A stretch of 64,000 nucleotides of DNA from Eledone cirrhosa (GCA_964016885.1 OZ024741.1:184822001-184886000); one strand, 5' to 3'; positions 1 through 13,111 are shown, counted from the first letter of the stretch. The notes: a model not told the origin generated them from the sequence alone. Translations and numbers: made by a program.

Positions 1-3
1 AGG

Positions 4-123
4 TGTTTACAAATGTTTCTTTAGTAGTTACACAGCCAAGTCATGCTATATGCAAATTAGTAGTTATTAATTTGCAGATACTCAATTTTCAAATGCTGCT
101 TGTACTACCAAATCGTCAGAACA
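4..123 (-). ncRNA. Type I HHR with a long stem II insertion (PLE pLTR)
   Basis: UGUU-CUGACGA-UUUGGUAGU..~75 nt..ACUACUAAA-GAAAC-AUUU-GUA^AACA. Confidence 0.75.
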
Positions 124-679
124 AATGGTTGAATCAAGGTTTCTTTATATTTCTTAAAGGGAATAATTGGGGAAGATAGAGTAGAAAAGGAAGAGAGAAA
201 GAAAGGAAGAGGGAGAGATAGATATGTAAGGGTAGGAGAAATGGGAGAGAGAGGTTTAAAGAATACAGATAGCTAATCTAAATGCTATGGCAGGGGTCCA
301 ACAAGTGGTTTTATTATACTGCTTATCCTCAAAGAGACAACTTAGGCATTGTGTTGATAGTATCAAGTTTGGAATTATTAATTGCTACAGACGGCAGGTT
401 AATAGATGTGGAGAAGGAGGGAGATAGACAGAGAGCGAGAGAGAGAGAGAGAAAGAGAGAGACAGAAAGAAAGAGAGAGAAAGAGAGAGGGGACAGAAAC
501 AAGTTAAGACAAGGGGAAGGAAAGGCGATATACACCGAGTTGATAGTTGTAATTTGCTGGTCGTACTTAAGTATACATGTATTACGGTAAGTAAGGTACT
601 GGTTAGTAGGGGGGGGATATAGTTAGGAAGTAATGAGTTAAATTAGTTAGCGAGAAAGTGATGTAATAGTTTTGGGTTC

Positions 680-1125
680 AAATTATGCTAAGTTACTTTT
701 ATAGTGAGAACATTTAGCCTTCAGTTTGTGGTTGCAGTATAACGATCATTCGATTCTGTCATTTAGTAAATTGTTTTTCGATTTCAAGATATAAAAAAGT
801 TCAAGGTTGCATAATCTGCAGTATTTTAATCCACTCCGATGTGCACTAGCGCTGGATAATTTATCCCATTTTAGAGTGAACTGCTGGTTGTGTTCGCGGA
901 GTTGCCAAGTCTTATTAGCGAGTGTAGTTACATAGTAGTGTTCAGGATGTTTAATCGAAAATCGATGACGATACCAGCGTGATTTAAAGGAGGTAGTAGT
1001 AGACCCAATGTAATACCATTTCTGGTCGTTTGATTCGACAGTGCATTGATAAACAATGTTGGACTCCAGGCATTTATTCCTCAATGGGCATCTCTCGGGT
1101 ATGTGACAATTACAGTTTTTGTTAT
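680..1125 (-). pseudogene. GIY-YIG endonuclease domain with a premature TGA at 746-748
   Basis: ORF 746..1084; reading continues SLYCNHK after the TGA, matching the LSSNCLHK of the element at 41564-41950. Confidence 0.85.
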
Positions 1126-1434
1126 GGGTAACAACTGCACCATAGATAGGTTGGGATAACAGTACAAGTGGGTTGTGTAATACTCGTTTCCCATTTGGTG
1201 GTTAGGAAGTTGATATTACGTTATGCCCATCTGTGTCTAAAATATTTTGTTTTGTAGTGTTGTTTAATAATCGCTTTAAGTTAAGTTTTTTTATGTGTGC
1301 TTCTAGTTTCGGTGCAGTGGAGTATGATAGCTTAATAGTCTTAGAGTTTAGAATGTGACTGTATTTATGGGAATTAGGGAAATGCTTGTTAATTAACTTA
1401 AAGAATAAAAGAGATAGTTTTGTACTAATCATTT

Positions 1435-1488
<54 letters not shown>

Positions 1489-2691
1489 TACAAAACCTGT
1501 GGCTTCTGGAAGAATATTCATTACTCAAAGAAGATTCAATAATGATTACATATATATAGACGACGGGGCAAAGCATGCTGCTACGATCGTCTCTGGGTCA
1601 AAAACAAAAACACACTTTTTCATTTCTGTTTTTTTCTTTGCTTTTTTCCTTAAAGCATCTTGTAATGTGTTTACCATCATTCCTTTGGTATACATCTCTT
1701 AATGGGCATAGAGTTTGAAATGGGCATAGAGTTTGCAGAGATAAATCATTATTTAGCGATGTTTTTAATTAAACATACGGTATATTGTCAAATATACTAT
1801 ACATACATTCATGTATACATCGCTATTTCAGAGCACCAATCCTAATACCTACTTTTTACTGAACCGGCAATCGCTCTGTATAATCAGCACCTGATTATTT
1901 CTGGAATTCTATAAGAATCCAACTTCTATAATTTTCGGCTGAAGCAGGGAGTGCGTGGCTCTGTTGATCGCCAACCAGCGTAAAACAGACTGTCAGCTTC
2001 TCTCCCTTCTTTCGCCGAAAAGAAGTAAGTGACAGTCACTACTTTAAAACTGATAGCGTATGGTCTTCTAAATGTTTTTAGCTAAACATACGGTATATTG
2101 CCAAATATACTATACAAACATTCATGCCCCAGCATGGCCTCAGCCGGATGGCTGAAACAGGTAAAAGAGTAAAAGAGTATATATATATATATATATATAT
2201 CCCTTCCTACTATATTTTCTCGCAAAAATCTAGATAGTTCTCTCTGTGAGTGCAGCTTCATATAATTCAGGTTTACGGATTTGTATTCTTTGAGTACCAT
2301 ATTCAAAGGCACAGAATTCTTTAATACAGATGTGTAATTTACGGATAGAAACTTGAGGTAAAACACTTTACCACACAGGTTTATTGCATATACCACAGAA
2401 GCTTTCAAGCACACATCCACATTGTAATGCAAAGCAATGCTAATCTTATCTCCTGCCTCATTGCAACGGCTAAGATGCACACACTGCTAGATAGAGAAGT
2501 GTTGTAATGTGATCTGTAGAAAAAGCAAGGGATCAAATGATTGATATTATAATTGATGAAATCATCGTAAACGAATATAATAAAGTATTTTACGCGTGTT
2601 GTAACTCAGTGGTAAATATTAGTTTCTATTTTGCGATTACCCAAGTTTCTATAGTTTCTCTAGAAATCCTGTTTTAGAATTCTATATAGGA

Positions 2692-2883
2692 CAATCATTG
2701 TTTCTACTTTTGGCACAAGGCCAGCAATTACCCAGTACATTACTGGTACTTTATATTATAGACCTCCGTAAGGATGAAAGGCAAAGTTATCCTCGACGAG
2801 ATTTGAACTCAGACTGTAAAGGGGCGTAACTATGCTAAAAAGCATGGCGTCCAACCCTCTACCGATACTGCCAATTCACCGCC
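2692..2883 (-). mobile_element. tRNA-derived SINE (dominant family)
   Basis: A box tggcagtatcgg, B box gagttcaaatc, body tttgcctttcatccttacgg..gtaccag..gccttgtgcc.aaagtagaaacaat. Confidence 0.9.
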
Positions 2884-3178
2884 CTTATATAGGACAATAA
2901 TGTTAGCCGTTAATGTTATTTTTTTGTCTAGTTTTTTAACAACACGAATCAACCAATGAAAGATTATTTTGTTTTTTTTGTTCACTAGTTCGGTGGAAAA
3001 CCTCAAGTGGATGTTGCAGGTAGTCCCAGTAGATAACATAAAAATTTATATATAAATATTGCTTTTCAGAAAACTTTTCTTTGGTTTAAATGATTGTAGT
3101 TTAGAATGTCACATTAACATTACAGTGATGCACATATCTATTTGTATATTGCATAATACTTAAAGAAAACTTCAAATG

Positions 3179-3221
<43 letters not shown>

Positions 3222-3312
3222 GTACTATTGAATCCTGCGTTTGCTTGTTTGTTTGTTTGTCATTTTGAAAAGTATAAAAACAGTTAAACCAGTTTCATTT
3301 TAGATTTCTTTT

Positions 3313-3357
<45 letters not shown>

Positions 3358-3358
<1 letters not shown>

Positions 3359-3557
3359 CGAAGGAAAACTGGTAAGGAACCAGGTGGACCATAACGCACC
3401 AAAGTACTCAATACTTAGGGTAGTAGAGTGGGTAATAGGAACGTGTAGGACCCCGACGGCTGAGCTCAAGCCGTTTCGACGACTAATTCTGGACGCAGAA
3501 GTCCAGAATTAGCCGTCGAAACGGCTTGAGCTCAGTCGTCGGGGTCCTACTCGTTTC
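3358..3557 (-). mobile_element. PLE pLTR remnant with a 50-bp inverted duplication of an HHR 3' half, in (TA)n
   Basis: Arms 3445-3494 and 3501-3550; same family as 11560-11620 and 32825-32960. Confidence 0.7.
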
Positions 3558-3621
3558 TATATATATATATATATAGTTCGAAATGACAAACAAACAAATG
3601 CAGGAGTCAATAGTACGTTAT

Positions 3622-3664
<43 letters not shown>

Positions 3665-3804
3665 TACATATGATGGAAATGACGAGTAAAAAACAGGTAG
3701 TTGATTTTGAATTCATAATATGAGAAAATATGTTTTGAAGTTTTCTTTAAGCATTATATATATATATATCTTTAAGCATATATATATATATATATATATA
3801 TATA

Positions 3805-4075
3805 TGGGATAACAAATTATCGTTATAGGTAATCCAGTTAGAGGTTGTGAATACTCCGTATTGTGGATAGTTTTAGCGTACGGCTTGTTTGACTCAACAT
3901 GGGGTTTCCTAAGGTAGCGAGTATGCGAGTTCTCGGGAATTCCTATGCAGGTTAATCTTGAAGTAATAATAGTGATTAGCAATTTTTAGACAACTTTATC
4001 AATGAAACAATTGTTAATACTATAAATAAAACCCTTTTTGTACTGTTGACCATGTTATTCTTGACTCTTTCACTA
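3805..4075. repeat. TA-embedded repeat; inverted homologue at 12095-12268
   Basis: tgggataacaa.ttatcgttatagg..tactccgt.ttgtggat..ttgactcaaca shared in opposite orientation. Confidence 0.7.
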
Positions 4076-4077
4076 TA

Positions 4078-4116
<39 letters not shown>

Positions 4117-4119
<3 letters not shown>

Positions 4120-4700
4120 TATTTCTTTTCATACTATTTCTGGATTTGGCTTTCGAATAGAGGTTTTAAAGTAGCTTATGCTTTATGCATTTAATAAATA
4201 TTAGCAATTCAACTGGTTCAGGATGGGTTTATTTGGGATTAAAGACGATTGCAGAGAAGTCTGTGGGATGTGCGGGATAACACTCTAGCGTTTAAATAAT
4301 TTTATCTGGTAGTGATGGCGATGGGTCAAGTTGGTGGCGATTATTACGCAATGGGGTCGTACTCATTGCAGATAATAATATATATTGATTAATATTTATT
4401 CTTTTACAGAAACTGCGCAATATTACAGCTGCAGTTTGAAAAAAAATAACGTTTCACTCATACTCAAGTCTAGTGCGGATTAGGGGTTGGGAAATATGGA
4501 TGATGTCTGAGGTAGGGATTATGGAGGATGTCTTGGTTCTAGTACAGACATTTAGTTCATAATTGACTTTGTTTTAATGAGTGTATTATTTACGAGCTTG
4601 GAATTCGATGGTCTTATCCACTAGGTGTTTTGTTAATTTTGTTGGATTAGTTTCGGAGTATATTAATTACAAATAGGGAGATTCAACAATTACTTTGCGT
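4117..4700 (-). mobile_element. Highly decayed PLE-like fragment between (TA)n tracts
   Basis: Minus-strand VIPHIPQTS-like thumb motif; TA-flanked; many stops. Confidence 0.3.
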
Positions 4701-4739
4701 TTGTTCTATGTATTTATGTATTTAACGGTCCTATTTGCA

Positions 4740-4781
4740 TATTTACACGCACACACGCACACACATATATATAAATACATA

Positions 4782-4821
<40 letters not shown>

Positions 4822-4850
4822 TACATGTATATAGACACACGCATATGTAC

Positions 4851-4907
<57 letters not shown>

Positions 4908-5007
4908 AACATATATATATATATGCATACATATATGTGCATATATATGTACATATATATACAGACACACGCATATGTACATATATATATATATATGTAT
5001 GTATATA

Positions 5008-5096
<89 letters not shown>

Positions 5097-5099
5097 GTA

Positions 5100-5130
<31 letters not shown>

Positions 5131-5370
5131 GTGTATATATATATATATATGTGTGCTCACACATAAGTGTGTATACATATGTACACATGCCTCTATACAT
5201 ATACACATAAATTATTGTATATTCCTCTTCTTTCTGTATCTCAATGTGTATATATATATATATATGTGTGCTCACACATAAGTGTGTATACATATGTACA
5301 CATGCCTCTATACATATACACATAAATTATTGTATATTCCTCTTCTTTCTGTATCTCAATGTGTATATAT
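4740..5370. repeat. Compound (TA)/(CA) microsatellite with a ~117-bp tandem duplication; representative of dozens of such tracts
   Basis: Direct inspection; gtgtgctcacacataagtg..tctcaatgtg occurs twice. Confidence 0.95.
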
Positions 5371-5549
5371 TTTTTCTGTTTGTTCTTTGTTCCCTTTAGG
5401 AAAGGTTTATAAAAGACCTTTTGTCTGGATATGTATATATATATATATATATATGAAGAGGACTATTATTTGAAGGCCCCTGCCTTTCTTCTTCTTCTTC
5501 TTCTTCTTCTTCTTCTTCTTCTTCTTCTTCTTCTTCTTCTTCTTCTTCT

Positions 5550-5584
<35 letters not shown>

Positions 5585-6141
5585 TTCCTCTTCTTCTTCT
5601 TACTAAACAGATGGGTACCGTTAATTGCCATTTTATGAAAAGATATATAATAAAGTAAAAACGGGGATGACTTGCAAAACAACAACGAAAAACAACAAAT
5701 ACAACAACAAAAACAGTACAAAGGGAAGTAAAGTAGGAAAGAAGGAAGACTGTGTGGAGAAAAGAGGGTAGAGAGTCGGGATATGAAAATAGGAAGGGAA
5801 GAAAGGAAACCCACAAACGTCGGGATCATCATACAGACATGTTTTTACAAACTATCAGCATTGGACACACTCGAAATAGCACAGTGTAAACAGCGTTACC
5901 ATATGGTTCCAGATATTTACATTAGACACGTATTCACACCCATTCACACACATGCACATGCATACAGAGACGCACACATGCGAACACATACAAACCTACA
6001 CACTTATACAGACATAATAAACGCAATAACCCCACCCACCCCCACCAGTAAATATACACTTTCACACACGTACACGCGTATGTCTGTATATACTTATACT
6101 TACAACGTATATATATATATTTATACACAGTCACACACACT

Positions 6142-6191
<50 letters not shown>

Positions 6192-6426
6192 AATATATTG
6201 CGTAACCTTGAACTTTTTTCAAGTATGCGCAAGTTTTTAAATATAAAACCTCCTGTGTTATTCCGTCTGGTCTATAAAGGAAAAAAAAGTTCTACTCATC
6301 GTCGTCGTCGTGCTAGTAGTAGTAGTAGTAGTAACAGCAGCAGTAGTAGTAGTAGTAGTAACAGCAGCAGCAGTAGTAGTAGTAGTAGTAGTAGTAACAG
6401 CAGCAGCAGTAGTAGTAGTAGTAGAA

Positions 6427-6611
6427 ATAATTGTTTCTACTTTAGGCACAAGGCCAGCAATTAACCAGTACATTACTGGTACTTTATTTTATCGACCCCG
6501 TAAGGATGAAAGGCAAAGTTAACCTCGGCGGGATTTGAACTCAGATCGTAAAGGGACGTAACTATGCTGGAAAGCATGGTGTCTGACCCTCTACCGATAC
6601 TGCCAATCCAT
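6427..6611 (-). mobile_element. tRNA-derived SINE
   Basis: Same family, near full length. Confidence 0.9.
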
Positions 6612-6879
6612 CTAGAAATAATAACAGCATACTTGTCACAATATATAGTACGGTTTATTACATGCGTCACAGCCCGGGATATTTTTGGTGACATTATCCA
6701 TGGGTTAGTCATCATTTTTGAGTGACAATACGGATAGATGGTGAACATGGAAGTAACAAGAAAGAACTTGTGGTCAGCCGGAGTTTATAAGGTAATACTT
6801 GACCCAATGTCGCACCACTACGCGAAAAGTTTTATCTAGTTTTATTTCAGTTTTATCCTACTTTATTTAATCATGATTG

Positions 6880-6921
<42 letters not shown>

Positions 6922-9026
6922 TTCATCATCATCATCATCAACAACACTACAACTACAACAATGAATGCACAGCCACGTAATGGTTAAGCATGGATATTTA
7001 CTCATCAATACGGCATGTACGTGTATTAGTATTGAATGTGTAGCCACTTCGTTGCAAAGCGCACTTTTAAAAATAGAGGCGCGCTTTCTAGAAATTCTCC
7101 ATTTTACACATGAAAGATTTCTGAGCTGGTTTTGAATCCGGATCATCTCAAATTCTTTAACATCAATGTGAAGTACTTTTTACTATATCTAAATGTAAAG
7201 ATCAAAAGAATAAACATTTGAATGATTAACTTTAATTAGATTAAACGCTAAATCTGGGGATTGCGAAGCGAACGGCTTTAATAATATGGGAATGCAATGT
7301 CACATATATATGCAATCGTGAAATATAACGTTTTCTGATTTAGGAATTTTAAGGGTTTGGATACGTCGATTATATCGAGTCTAGTTCTTGACTGGTATTT
7401 CTATTATCTATCCCAAAAGAATGAATAGCAAAGTTGATCTTGTGGGAATTTTAACCAAGAACATAAAACGCCGTATCATAAACTGCAAAACATTTGTTTG
7501 ACTCACGAAGAATTTATCAATCCAAACCAAGAATGATTCAGCATCCAATCCAAACACATGAATCATTCAAACACCTTTTACACGCATATTTATAAGACAT
7601 TATAATCGTAAAAATTGAAATGAAGAACCTGACTGTGCTATATGTTGTTTTACTATATGTTTAGTTCTAAGTCAGCTTAGTTTGATGTTCCAGACATGAC
7701 CATCACATTCTCTGTTTCCTGAACCATGGAAACGCCTTCTCCATTCAGTCCGCCGGGGCTGTGAGGAGGCCAGCACGGGGGACCGCATTTGCTCACCATA
7801 CAGAGAGATGAGGAGGGTTAGAGAGAGATGGAGGCGATGACAGTGGGAGTTCGGCTGTTCTTTCATGTTTAATCATGTTAATATTTTCTATTGTATCTTT
7901 CATTTACTACCACTGTTATTACTATATTTTATAAATTTAAATGACTGAGAAAAAATAACACATACTCTACAGCTATTTCAGTAAAATAATATTATACTCT
8001 TATTGATGTATATAGGATTATATTATTCAATATTTCTGACGTTAGAAAGACTTTAGGAAGACTAGGCTGTTATTCCGAGCAGGTTAGGCCACTACGTATC
8101 GGCTCCCATATTGAAGCAGCTGTTTTCAGTAATGTGTTTACAATTTGTAATGCTTTGATGATGAAGTAAATATTAATTCATAAACTCCATCTGTTGCTTG
8201 ATTCATTGGAGAAATGAAATGATGCATGTCGATATAAATGCGAACTTTATAACAGAACATAGAGAGGAGATAATCAATAATGATTTAGTGTTATGTTTTT
8301 TTGTTTTGATTTTCAAACGTTGTCATGAATTTACATTTTAAATTTGCCTGTTTTCCGTTTATCACGGGCTTTTTCAATCTAATGGCTGGTTTTATTTTAT
8401 CTTTCGTTCTTCGTTTCTGCTTCTATTTAATAATTTTTTTTTTTTTTATATTTTCATTTTCATGATTTGTCTTCATATTTCCCTAACTCTAATTTAATTG
8501 CTCGCTTTCGCTTTCATTTCCTTTTCATATTTGTATAGTTATGCATGGATGTATGTATGTACGTTTGTTTCAATGAATGTATTTATGTATATATGTAAGC
8601 ATATGTGAGTATGTATGTGTATATATATATATGTTTCAGAATTTTTTCTAGATAAGAAATAATTTACAAAATTAGAATATAAAGCAATGATTTGGCAGCG
8701 TTGTTAGCACTTTGGTTTGAATGCCGTGTGGCAGGTGTTTCGGTTTCCTGCGCGCAAAGAAATTAAATGCTACTGAATTCAAGATTACACCAGAAATAAA
8801 ATACCTCTACTACAATAGGCTAATGCACTACACGAAAATATTCGCTCTACACGAAAAACATTAAAATTATCAGTATATATATAATCTAAAATCGTTAGCC
8901 CAACTTGCAAGTTGTTGTTTATAGGCAGATTGGTTTGCGATGAATATTTCCTATACTGGTGTGGTTGCTTTTGGCACATCTATAAAAGGGACTCCCGTAT
9001 TTTGACAAGTTCAATCCAGCTCTGTC

Positions 9027-9123
<97 letters not shown>

Positions 9124-9184
9124 AAAAAAATATATATATATCAAAATGAAAATCCGAAAGCAAGATAAAATTCCAATCATTTAA

Positions 9185-9258
9185 TCACGACACATGTTTC
9201 AATAAGAGATAGATCGAATGTAAAGCCAAGATCGATTATCAGTGATCTCATCAGGTGA
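9185..9258 (-). ncRNA. Type I HHR at the 3' end of a short PLE remnant (9140-9430)
   Basis: UCAC-CUGAUGA-GAU..AUU-GAAAC-AUGU-GUC^GUGA; palindromic ACAUGU stem III. Confidence 0.72.
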
Positions 9259-9435
9259 AAATGAATTGTCTTGAAATTCTTGATATGAAGGAGAAAAAAT
9301 AACGATGTTCTCTCACAGAATTCATTCCCTCATATGAGGATGGAATTGGAGATATACAAAAGCGTGGAGAACTTAATATTGCTAACATAAAGTTATTGGA
9401 CCATTTTACACAACCAATAATGCACCTTACTATAT

Positions 9436-9496
<61 letters not shown>

Positions 9497-9567
9497 AATA
9501 TAAATATAATTTGTGCATATGTACATGTGTGTAATTGTCTGTGATTTAGTCTGATATGAGTGGACGT

Positions 9568-9748
9568 AATAATTGTTTCTACTTTAGGCACAAGGCCAGC
9601 AATTACCCAGTACATTACTGGTACTTTATTTTATCGACACCGTAAGGATGAAAGGCAAAGTTAACCTCGGCGGGATTTGAACTCAGATCGTAAAGGGACG
9701 TAACTATGCTGGAAAGCATGGCGTCCGACCCTCTACCGATACTGCCAA
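9568..9748 (-). mobile_element. tRNA-derived SINE
   Basis: Same family. Confidence 0.9.
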
Positions 9749-9924
9749 GCTAATTTTGACAGTTGAACGTGCCTGAAAATATTTTGTATAAACTGAAGTG
9801 CTTTCAGCTGGAAAATGGTAGATAAATGATTCGACTACTGTGATATATATATATATAAAAGTACTAGAATCATTACACACACGCATATATATATATATCT
9901 ATATATCACTCTCTCCGCCCGCCA

Positions 9925-9956
<32 letters not shown>

Positions 9957-10137
9957 TTTTTTTTCCTTGCTCTAGTGATGCGGCTGGACTACCGCCCACT
10001 ATATCTGATTTGCTAAGCTGTCTGAACGTAATGTTATTACTCTGGGTCTTTCCTCATCTGAGTGCTCAAGCCACAGACCGATTATACATATACGCTAGCT
10101 TGGCCGTATTCTAAAGCTTCGTCAATGCTGTACGAAA

Positions 10138-10174
<37 letters not shown>

Positions 10175-10659
10175 GATACAGACTCACACACGAGCACACA
10201 TATAAACTATAGTTAAATATTCAATACTGAATTTGCAAAGGTCTTTAATTTCAAGAATGTTTTCTATATAGATGTGAATCGTTTAAATACCAGTAAATAA
10301 TGAACCAATCTGTTACAATTAATAATCCTTAGCAAGATATTGTTTATTCATTCTTACATACTTGTTCATTGTTTACTTGTATTTACAAGAATCTCATATG
10401 TATAGAAAACAACATTTTAGGGATTAAAGATGTATTTAATTTATAATCCTTTGTTCATTCTGTATTAAATATTTATGCTCAGCTGCCCTCACCATCTTCA
10501 ACTACAGTGAACCTTCGATTAGACTGATATTCCTGCTTGGTGTCGATCCCACGTGCTCACAGAGCTTCCCACACCTTATCAAAAATAATATAGAACACCT
10601 CGACTATAAATACTCAGACACACACATGCATATATATGTATGTATGTATGTACATATAT

Positions 10660-10749
<90 letters not shown>

Positions 10750-10750
<1 letters not shown>

Positions 10751-11299
10751 GTCAGGTCACCAGTTATTACTACTGGTAACATGTATCCCAGTACAACCTG
10801 TCTCATGGTCGGCTCGATGGCGTCTAAACTGGCAACCCCACCAAGGTTTCTTGGTGAGGAGGGTCACTTTGGACATCCTCCAGGACTAAAAACAAAACCT
10901 GTCAAAGGGCAAAGGAGCTCTTAAGAGTCAATGGCCATCCAGAATCACCGGGAGAGATGACCCCTTAGCCTTTGTCAAGGCAGAATTCTAGGAGAAGGAA
11001 AACTCTGATATAACACCTGCAACCCTGATGGTATCCAATGATGTTGACTTGTTCTTCTTTTTGGTAAATATCATCTTGGTTAAGAGAGTGGGACTGGCTT
11101 TGTGCAGTGCCTTTGCTCACTACAAAAGCTTCACGGCACAGGCATTGCTTTATATCTGGAGATCTCTTTACACTTATCGTCACATAGTACCATGGGCCCA
11201 GCACTATGTGTCAATAATTGTCACAAGTGTAGTGTTTGTACCAGAGTTTTCAAGTCGCTGGCTGCACTAAAAAGTCACACTCATTCAGCGCATCGGTAG
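10750..11299 (+). mobile_element. Internally deleted RTE-like element (5' UTR-like region plus C-terminal C2H2 finger)
   Basis: ctaggagaaggaaaactctga motif recalled from RTE 5' UTRs; ends HKCSVCTRVFKSLAALKSHTHSAHR*. Confidence 0.5.
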
Positions 11300-11386
11300 G
11301 GGTTCTCCTACATGGATACAATATAGTAGCCGTACTACTCGAAAACGAGGTGGCAGCCACCATATATATATATGTATATATATACA

Positions 11387-11458
<72 letters not shown>

Positions 11459-11510
11459 TAAAAGTGATTGACCAATCCTTGTGACAATCACTTTTACCAT
11501 ATATGGAATT

Positions 11511-11606
11511 ACCCCTTGAGAAGCTCGGCTATTCAAATACCAGGATAAAAATTTTCATTTAGTCCAGAATTAGCCGTCGAAACGGCTTGAGCTCAGCCGT
11601 CGGGGT
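11511..11606 (+). ncRNA. Type I HHR variant with U3-A8 core
   Basis: ACCCC-UUGAGAA-g..CGGCUA..UAGCCG.c-GAAACGGCU(UGAGCUC)AGCCGUC^GGGGU. Confidence 0.7.
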
Positions 11607-11616
11607 CCTACTCGTT

Positions 11617-11779
11617 CCTACATGGACACACTAGAAGAGGAAGACCAAGGTTAACATATGTTGATGCCCTAAGGACAGACACTGGTCTGTTGGAGATGCA
11701 GGATATGGCAGCGATAATGAGGGACAGAGACCGCTGGAGAGAACTCGTCCATGGATCTCGGGAATTTTACCCGCCTTAG
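11617..11779 (+). mobile_element. RTE/RTEX-like LINE 3' end fused to a PLE HHR remnant
   Basis: Appears identical to 53801-53963. Confidence 0.82.
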
Positions 11780-12265
11780 ATAGATAGATAGATATATATA
11801 TATATAGTAATAATAATAAACGTGAAGATTAAAACCCAAAGAGTGCTCGATAAGGATAAATATATATATATCAAATATATCAGAACCATAGACCAAATAG
11901 TTTCAGAAGTTTCCGTTAAGGGTGAAAGCACCGATTCTTTACTGTTATTTTAATATATATATATATATAGTTAAAGAAAGAAGAGTTACACGATTGGCTG
12001 TATAATAGGGGATTTATTTAAAGTGCTGACAATTGTTTCGTTGATCTGGTGCGTCTACTGTTCGCTAATCGCTTGAATACTCTTCTTTCTTTAACTATTA
12101 TTACTCTAAGTATAACCTGCATATAAATTACCGCGAACTCGCTGCATCACTATGGAAGCGTCTTGTTGAGTCAAACTAAGCCGCATGTTAAAACCATCCA
12201 CAACACGGAGTACTCTAACTGGACTACCTCTAAGTGGTTCACCTATAACGATAACTTGTTATCCC

Positions 12266-12296
<31 letters not shown>

Positions 12297-12427
12297 TATT
12301 TATTTTACACTACTCCGGAGTAACCAAACCAACCTGCGCACTTCGTCGAGTGCTCCAGCCTGCATACTTAGGTGTTGGTATACAACCAACATAAACTCAA
12401 AATCTCTCTCTATATATATATCAATAT

Positions 12428-12530
<103 letters not shown>

Positions 12531-13111
12531 TATATATACATATATACAGATATAGGTAGTAGAGGTTCAATCTTTGTAATGCCATCTATCAAATTGCGCA
12601 TCCACTGATTTACATTTATTTCTTTATTTCTTTATTACTTCAGATACTTCTGGCCTTCTGAAGACCCGTGCCTATAACCACAGACTTCTTATAGACAGGC
12701 CTTCACGCGTGAAAGGCATATGTACCAGACCAGCATAATCTACCATCGGTGACAATAAACGTAGGTGAGTTCTAGGTCACCTACCCCGTTGGATGTGACC
12801 AATGACAATTTAGCATGATAAAATCGACGAAAACACATTTCTTATAACAAAGTCTGTGGCAGCCTAAAAGAAGGAATCGGGTGTCTAACAATCCAACAAC
12901 ATTTGGACGTGAGTCTACATGTGAGAAGACATATCTGAGGAGCTGCCGATTCCAGAGTCAGGAAGGAACATCATTCCATCATTCCTCGAGTTGATCGGCA
13001 GTGAAAAATGTGATATGTAATTAAATATGTAATTAAATATTAAATATGTAATTAAATATGTAAATGATGAAATACTGATTCTTTCTTTCCATTTATTATT
13101 ATTTATATAAA

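Larger units (their letters stand above)
1..1433 (-). mobile_element. Penelope-like retroelement (Naiad-type), 5'-truncated: RT thumb/linker, GIY-YIG endonuclease, 3' UTR/pLTR with HHR
   Basis: Minus ORFs read FFKLINKHFPNSHKYSHILNSKTIKLSYS, then CNC..CPL..KCL..IVYQC..YYIGST..FKSRWYRH..CRLCNLE..LN..E..CNHK. CT-rich UTR, then HHR. Abuts (TA)n at 1435. Confidence 0.88.

Noticed and set aside
746-748. In-frame TGA in the GIY-YIG domain as selenocysteine
   Set aside because: Aligns to Leu (TTA) in the other Naiad, not Cys; most simply a nonsense mutation
4695-5832. Long IY/HT/CV/poly-K/R/L/E/S ORFs here and throughout the window
   Set aside because: Stop-free translations of microsatellites; no coding signal
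12648-12735. CUGAAGA..GAAA hammerhead candidate (also ~42050 and ~39000)
   Set aside because: Stems I and III cannot be formed adjacent to the core
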